Assembly: GCA_038851565.1 (NCBI GenBank)
Contig: JAWCKV010000026.1
Location: 1-11,287, forward strand
Length of the DNA: 11,287 nucleotides
Reading direction: 5' to 3'
Source of the DNA: Candidatus Hadarchaeales archaeon
GTDB lineage: Archaea; Hadarchaeota; Hadarchaeia; Hadarchaeales; Hadarchaeaceae
Positions within the stretch are counted from its first letter, which is position 1, and each line of letters begins with the position of its first letter. Under the pieces are notes generated by a model. The model had not been told where the DNA came from, did no database searches, and worked only from the letters and a program-made list of their open reading frames with translations. The position numbers and the translations under genes are program-made. Positions 6,580-11,287 of the stretch are shown in pieces.

Positions 6580-7299
6580 ATGAAGGTCCGCGGCGTGCTA
6601 TTTGACATTGACGACACGCTGGTGAACTCGAGGCCGGCGATGGAGGACGCGTTGAAGGAGAACGCCAGGGCGCTCTCCGTGTTCGCATCATCGCACGGCT
6701 TGAATCACGACCCCGCGCGCATCCACAGCAAGCTCGTGGAGATCGATGAGAGGATGCACGCGACCTACACCTACAACAGGGATGAGTGGTGGCGGGCCGC
6801 GGTCATGGAGCTCTGGCCCGGGACCGAACTCAAGCCGGAAGAGGCCGGTGCTCTGACAAAAAGATACTGGGAAATCGTGAAGGAGAGATCAGCCCAATAC
6901 CCGGATTCTGCGCCTGTGCTGGCGGAACTTAAAAAACGCGGGTACAGGCTGGCTGCCGTTACGGACACCGATGGAACCAGAGGGGTGAAGACCGAAAGAC
7001 TGAGGAGGAGCGGGCTCATGGAGTTCTTCGATGCGGTCGTGATCGGGGGGGAGGACACGAAAAAGGTGAAGCCGGATCCTGAGCCATTCCTCCTGGCCGC
7101 CTCAAAGCTCGGACTGAGACCGGGCGAATGCGTGATGGTCGGAGACAGGCCGTACACCGACATAAGGGGGGCCAAAGCCGCAGGGATGTCCGCGATATGG
7201 CTGAAGCGCAGGGACTGGGACGCCCACGAACCGTGCGAAGCTGCCGTTGACTCGCTGCTGCAGCTGACCGAAATACTGAAGGCACCAGCCGGACGCTAG
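6580..7299 (+). CDS. HAD-superfamily hydrolase, subfamily IA (phosphatase/nucleotidase-like)
   Basis: Motif I LFDIDDTL, motif II VTD, motif III KVKPDP, motif IV VMVGDRPYTDIRGA. ATG 6580 follows GGCGGTG, with TTATAT about 35 nt upstream, so it is preferred over 6520. Confidence 0.95.
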   Translation: MKVRGVLFDIDDTLVNSRPAMEDALKENARALSVFASSHGLNHDPARIHSKLVEIDERMHATYTYNRDEWWRAAVMELWPGTELKPEEAGALTKRYWEIVKERSAQYPDSAPVLAELKKRGYRLAAVTDTDGTRGVKTERLRRSGLMEFFDAVVIGGEDTKKVKPDPEPFLLAASKLGLRPGECVMVGDRPYTDIRGAKAAGMSAIWLKRRDWDAHEPCEAAVDSLLQLTEILKAPAGR

Positions 7300-9278
7300 G
7301 TCCAGAGGCTCTTCAGCGTGTAGTACGCCTGTCTCGGGGTCTTTGCAAAAGTGCCGGATGATATTGAGGTTATTCCCCACCATTCCTCGTTCATGTTGTT
7401 CTGCCCGGCAACGTAGTCGTAGTAACCGCCGGAGGCCCATCCCGCGGTGGTGTCGTGAGATGATGGATTGCCAGCCTTCCACCACTCATCGGACCACTCG
7501 AAGAGCGTGCCTCCAAGACATCTGCCGCTCGGACCGAGGTTGCTGCTGATCTCGTTCCAGAGACTTTCGATATAGGCCGCCTGGGTCGATGGGTTCTCTG
7601 TCTGGGTGCGCGCGTCCAGCGCATCGCATCCCCACTCCGCAAGGATGAGCGGCTTGCTGGTCTTAGACCTGTAGTCCGAGAAAAGGTTGCCGAACGACTG
7701 GCCCCTGTAGGCGCTCACCCCCCACGCGTCCAGTGCTGTGAGGGATGCATCATCAGATCCGTAAGCAGCGCTGCCTATTGAACCTATCTCGCCCTCAACC
7801 GTGATAACCGGATGATAATTCTGCCCCTCCTCGCTGTGAGCTGCCTGGGCGGCTTCCTGAAGCAGGGAGTACCAGTAAGACCTGCTGGGGCTGGCGTGAT
7901 AGTTCATCTCATTGCCAAGCGCCCACATAAGGACCGCCGGATGGTTCTTCCAGGTCCTCACCATCGAAACGAACCCGTTGATTATGCCCTGACGCACCGA
8001 AGAGTTTGACAGGTCGGCGCTCCAGTCAACCCAGTATCCCATTATGACATAAATTCCGCTGTTATACGCAGCGTCGAGTGCACCTCTGGACGCGTTCACA
8101 GCCGAATAGGTCCTGATGGTGTTGGCTCCCATGTCCCTCAGCATCGGAAAGTCGTTCGTGTAGGTGTCGGAGTAGGCCCACCAGCTGAATCCCCACTCAA
8201 CGCTGCTCCCCACCGGTGTCGGAGAGTAGCAGACCCCTTTGATCGTGAATGGAGAACCGTTCACGATGACCTGATAGTTGCTTATCTGTACGCGCGAGGG
8301 CGGGACCACCTGGACCGTCCTTGAGGTGTTGTCCGTGGCCCCCTTATCGTCTGTGACCGTGAGCCTGACCGTGTACGTGCCTGCAGAGGCGTACCTGTGT
8401 GTCGGGTTCCTCTGCGTGGAGGTTGATCCGTCGCCGAAGTTCCACGACCAGGAAACGATGGTGCCGTCAGAGTCCGTGGAGTTATCTGTGAACTGGATGT
8501 CGTCGTCTATCAGCAGCAGCCCAGAGGCGTAGACGAAGCCCGCGGTCGGAGGCAGGTTCGCCACCGTTATCTCCCTGCTCGCGCTGCCGGTGGCACCCTT
8601 ATCGTCTGTCACCGTGAGCGTGATTGTGTACGTGCCTGCAGAGGCGTACCTGTGGACCGGGTTCTTCTGAGTTGAGGTTGATCCGTCGCCAAAGTCCCAC
8701 GACCAGGAAGAAACAGTGCCGTCAGGGTCCGCAGAATTGTCGGTGAACTGGACGTTGTCCGCAGTGGTCGGCGATGACGGTGAGAAGGAAAACCCTGCAA
8801 CGGGCGGTTCGTTGGGTATCTCGTTGACCGTCAGGGTCAGAACGCAGCTCCGCTCCATGCCGCCGGGGCCCCTCACTATGATCGTGATCTCATGCGTGCC
8901 GGGCTGGGCAGTTGCGCCCACGTTTATTGTCATAATCGAGCTGAAGCTGGGCTTTCCCCCTGGCTGTGAGAACGAGATGGTCACGCCCTGGGGCTCACCG
9001 ATGACCGTAAGGCTCACGTTCTCACCGTACCCTCCAGATGCATCAACCGTGAGCACGGCCGTGGCCGATGATCCTTGGTCCACTGAAACGTGCTCTGGGC
9101 TCAGGGAAACGCTGAAACCCGGCGCTTTCATCGTGAAGTAAACAACAAAAACGACAGCTGTTATCGCGATAGTTGCCAGGGCGGCCGCCGCAATTTTTCC
9201 TCTGGAGCCGCCCTCTTTTTTCCATCCTTCATAGTTCACTTCGGTCAAAGCAAACCCCTGCCCTGCCGTTTCCGACAT
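7296..9278 (-). CDS. membrane-anchored glycoside hydrolase: TM + Ig-like domain + 2 PKD domains + clan GH-A TIM barrel (GH2_C-like)
   Basis: TM IAAAALATIAITAVVFVVYF; Ig-like FSVSLSP...GTHEITI...LTLTV; two PKD repeats (WDFGDG/WNFGDG, HRYASAGTYT); catalytic domain KGVCYSP, MGANTIRTY, HPAVLMWALGNE (acid/base Glu 7908-7910), PLILAEWG (nucleophile Glu 7635-7637), FEWSDEWWK, NEEWWGI. Start at ATG 9278 (or GTG 9293). Confidence 0.9.
   Translation of the reverse strand: MSETAGQGFALTEVNYEGWKKEGGSRGKIAAAALATIAITAVVFVVYFTMKAPGFSVSLSPEHVSVDQGSSATAVLTVDASGGYGENVSLTVIGEPQGVTISFSQPGGKPSFSSIMTINVGATAQPGTHEITIIVRGPGGMERSCVLTLTVNEIPNEPPVAGFSFSPSSPTTADNVQFTDNSADPDGTVSSWSWDFGDGSTSTQKNPVHRYASAGTYTITLTVTDDKGATGSASREITVANLPPTAGFVYASGLLLIDDDIQFTDNSTDSDGTIVSWSWNFGDGSTSTQRNPTHRYASAGTYTVRLTVTDDKGATDNTSRTVQVVPPSRVQISNYQVIVNGSPFTIKGVCYSPTPVGSSVEWGFSWWAYSDTYTNDFPMLRDMGANTIRTYSAVNASRGALDAAYNSGIYVIMGYWVDWSADLSNSSVRQGIINGFVSMVRTWKNHPAVLMWALGNEMNYHASPSRSYWYSLLQEAAQAAHSEEGQNYHPVITVEGEIGSIGSAAYGSDDASLTALDAWGVSAYRGQSFGNLFSDYRSKTSKPLILAEWGCDALDARTQTENPSTQAAYIESLWNEISSNLGPSGRCLGGTLFEWSDEWWKAGNPSSHDTTAGWASGGYYDYVAGQNNMNEEWWGITSISSGTFAKTPRQAYYTLKSLWT
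8304..8813 (-). repeat. tandem duplicated PKD domains (255-nt period)
   Basis: Units 8559-8813 and 8304-8558 share long nucleotide stretches, e.g. gtgtacgtgcctgcagaggcgtacctgtg, gaggttgatccgtcgcc, ccacgaccaggaa, cccttatcgtctgt. Confidence 0.9.
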
Positions 9279-9294
9279 AATAGATAACAGCACA

Positions 9295-9313
9295 ATCTTT
9301 TAACAGCTTTTCA
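9295..9313 (-). promoter_or_regulatory. BRE/TATA-like promoter of the glycoside hydrolase gene
   Basis: Minus strand reads TGAAAAGCTGTTAAAAGAT, ending about 20 nt before ATG 9278, consistent with a leaderless transcript. Confidence 0.5.
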
Positions 9314-9336
9314 ATGTGAATCATGAACGGGCACGA

Positions 9337-9723
9337 TCACAGCACGCACGAAAGAACCGCCACAACGAGACCGACCACCGCACCGGCAATCATTACCTGC
9401 CTTTTACCGGCTCCCAGATCCTGAGTGCCGTCGAATATGGAGTCGATGAGCGCCAGCCTGAACAGGAGGGGAGCGCCAAAAAGAGCAGCGTACGCTAAGG
9501 CCATCATGGAGAAGGGAAGATGCTCGAACTCCGGCTGGCCGATAGATCTGCCCTTCCTGTATATCCAAACGTAATCGCATATGTCCTTCAGGAGAGCGGC
9601 AGAGACCGCAAATGCGAGCACATCTGTAGGCCTGAGGCGGAGGAAATCGGCGAGGAAATGAATGGAAATGATGAGGAAAAGGCTGATGGCAGAGCTCATG
9701 ATGTAGAACCTGGCGCGTTTCAT
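9337..9723 (-). CDS. small integral membrane protein (about 4 TM), unknown function
   Basis: 128 aa with four hydrophobic stretches. ATG 9723 is preceded by AGGTG and a BRE/TATA-like GAAAAAGGTTAATC (9765-9752). Confidence 0.75.
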   Translation of the reverse strand: MKRARFYIMSSAISLFLIISIHFLADFLRLRPTDVLAFAVSAALLKDICDYVWIYRKGRSIGQPEFEHLPFSMMALAYAALFGAPLLFRLALIDSIFDGTQDLGAGKRQVMIAGAVVGLVVAVLSCVL

Positions 9724-9750
9724 TGTACACCTGTTAAGGTACGTGCAGGA

Positions 9751-9765
9751 GGATTAACCTTTTTC
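9751..9765 (-). promoter_or_regulatory. BRE/TATA-like promoter of the 128-aa membrane protein gene
   Basis: Minus strand GAAAAAGGTTAATCC about 28 nt upstream of ATG 9723. Confidence 0.5.
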
Positions 9766-9862
9766 GAGATACCATATCAAGATCGGCGGTGCCAATCTTT
9801 ATTTTTTCAGAGAGGCGTTCATGAGCGGCAATTAACTTATGGAGAGTGAGGGGCGAACGAAC

Positions 9863-10380
9863 GTGAGGGGTAAGTTGAAAAGAGCGACCAGGCTCTCCGG
9901 CCTGCTGATGCTGTCCTCCTGCTCATCAGCCTGCAATGTACACTGGCTGGAGCGGATACCGCGCCCCTTACCGAGAAAGCTGTTTTGAGGCAGAACAGAC
10001 AGTTTGCAATCGTCGAGGTCAATGACAATTTTCAGACGTTGAGATTGTTTATCAACGTGATCTCCCTCGATCCCGGAGAAAATATAAAGACGGTGGTGCC
10101 GCTGAGGAATTTGCCCACGGGTCTTGAGGCTACCAAAACTGCAGGTCAGGTAATCATTGCTGGTTTCAGCTTCGGGGGTGCCTGTTCTTCACTAGTGGCC
10201 GCCGTGTCTGCTTTTAGGATTGAGATCAAGAAGACCGTTCTCGCAATGGTAATTTCCTCCGTCATCTGGTTTGCGTTTCTGGTAGCACAGCCCAATATCA
10301 TATTTACTGCATTTGTTTTTTCAACTCTTGCGGGCGCCTTTTCTTTCTCCCTCACTCTCACGTCTAAAAAGAAGCAATAG
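9863..10380 (+). pseudogene. frameshifted gene (or sequencing error) for a signal peptide + small extracellular domain + about 3 TM membrane protein
   Basis: GTG 9863 frame gives MRGKLKRATRLSGLLML. A -1 shift at about 9913 continues VLLLISLQCTLAGADTAP... into the 9985-10380 ORF, whose own frame has no start codon between the TAA at 9871-9873 and 9985. Confidence 0.65.
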
Positions 10381-10386
10381 GGGCCA

Positions 10387-10400
10387 GAAAAACTTTAACC
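10387..10400 (+). promoter_or_regulatory. BRE/TATA-like promoter of the FN3 surface protein gene
   Basis: GAAAAACTTTAACC directly after the previous stop codon; AGGTGAT RBS just before GTG 10456. Confidence 0.55.
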
Positions 10401-10455
10401 ATAACAATGTCATAAAATCATGCGGCATTTTGGAGTGAACCGCGAAGGTGATCGG

Positions 10456-11287
10456 GTGGACAAAAAACTCGTGATCCCGCTGGTGATTGCGGTTATTGCC
10501 GTGGGGCTTATTTTTTCCATGTTCTTCAGAACGGAGGCTCCACGGGTCGATGTCGGGTGGCTGCCAGTTGGAGACGTCCCTGCTCCCACCCACATAGTGG
10601 TGGCGCGCGGGGACGGGGAGGCCTGCATCTGGTGGGAGCCTCCAGAGGGCGGGGCGGACGGATACAGGATATACTTCCTGAACTATGCCCCTCTCTGGGA
10701 GGAGATCAACAGGGGGAAGACCGGTGGAGAAAACGACAGGCCCTTCATTGAGATATCCCTCTCCAGCCCCCCGTCCGGATTCGATCCCGAGCACCCGCGA
10801 ATGAGGCTGACCGGGCTGCGTAACGGCGTTCACTGCGTGCTCGGGCTCTCAGCCTGGAGGTACACAGGAGGAGGAAAGATTCAGAGCGAGCCGGTGCCGC
10901 TCCCGGCGACTGCCTTGGCCCCGCTTCCGAAGGGGGTTGCGGCGATAGTTCAGGAGGGTGGCGCGTACGACAGGGGGGACCTCAGGGATGCGGTCGAGAG
11001 ATATCTCGAGGCAGCGGTTGGCGAGCTCTCACCTTTCGGATACTGGAACGCTGGAGTGCGGGAGATCAGGCGGGAGAAGGTCCTTGAGATACCGGATCTC
11101 GCTGACGGGATAATAGAAAGCGTGATCTCCTGGGGGGGGAACGCGCTTGAGGATCTTAACGCCTTTCAGGGATGGCTGGAGAACGCCGGGCTGTCGGTTC
11201 CCTGGGATTTGACCAACAACTTGGATCTGGCCAGAAACGCAATCGTTGAGAGGACCGAAAAGATCGGAGAGATGTCCGGAAAGATCT
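10456..11287 (+). CDS. membrane-anchored fibronectin type III domain surface protein (partial, runs off the window)
   Basis: Not in the ORF track because it has no stop. My translation: MDKKLVIPLVIAVIAVGLIFSMFFR (TM anchor)...VPAPTHIVVARGDGEACIWWEPPEGGADGYRIYF...MRLTGLRNGVHCVLGLSAWRY...SEP (FN3 pattern), then KGVAAIVQEGGAYDRGDLRDAVERYLEA... The frame stays open to 11287. Alternative ATG at 10420. Confidence 0.85.
   Translation, partial: MDKKLVIPLVIAVIAVGLIFSMFFRTEAPRVDVGWLPVGDVPAPTHIVVARGDGEACIWWEPPEGGADGYRIYFLNYAPLWEEINRGKTGGENDRPFIEISLSSPPSGFDPEHPRMRLTGLRNGVHCVLGLSAWRYTGGGKIQSEPVPLPATALAPLPKGVAAIVQEGGAYDRGDLRDAVERYLEAAVGELSPFGYWNAGVREIRREKVLEIPDLADGIIESVISWGGNALEDLNAFQGWLENAGLSVPWDLTNNLDLARNAIVERTEKIGEMSGKI

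Noticed and set aside
9797..9808. T-rich tract CTTTATTTTTTC as a terminator
   Set aside because: It sits between divergent genes with no plus-strand gene ending upstream, so a terminator role cannot be supported.
9404..9849. ORFs 9404-9730 (-) and 9520-9849 (+)
   Set aside because: They overlap the 128-aa membrane gene, which has better RBS, promoter and hydropathy support.
10321..10833. 170-aa minus-strand ORF
   Set aside because: Antisense to the FN3-containing plus-strand ORF, which has an RBS, promoter, TM anchor and domain pattern.
1..11287. tRNA, rRNA, CRISPR array, integrase/transposase or known defence genes
   Set aside because: Intergenic gaps are all under about 140 nt with no cloverleaf or repeat-spacer structure, and no ORF shows the relevant motifs.

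Overview
An 11.3-kb gene-dense window, very probably archaeal. Evidence: BRE/TATA-like elements upstream of several genes, GGTGA/GGAGG ribosome-binding sites, and heavy AGG-Arg/ATA-Ile usage. Assignment to a thermophilic lineage such as Hadarchaeota is only a guess. Gene order: the 3' end of an upstream gene; a DrrA/DrrB-type ABC-2 exporter coupled to a standalone B3/B4 (PheT editing-like) protein; on the minus strand, a two-gene unit encoding a 2-TM membrane protein with a C-terminal winged-HTH and a secreted, C-terminally anchored LapG/BTLCP-like transglutaminase-fold cysteine protease; divergent from that unit, across an AT-rich promoter with direct and inverted repeats, a PF09826/COG4880-type beta-propeller protein; a HAD-IA hydrolase; a membrane-anchored Ig-like + 2xPKD + clan GH-A glycoside hydrolase; a small 4-TM protein; a membrane protein gene whose signal peptide is split by a 1-nt frameshift; and a truncated FN3-containing surface protein missing from the ORF track. 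No RNA genes, CRISPR arrays or mobile elements were seen. The best candidate for an undescribed system is the membrane wHTH regulator / cysteine protease / beta-propeller divergon.
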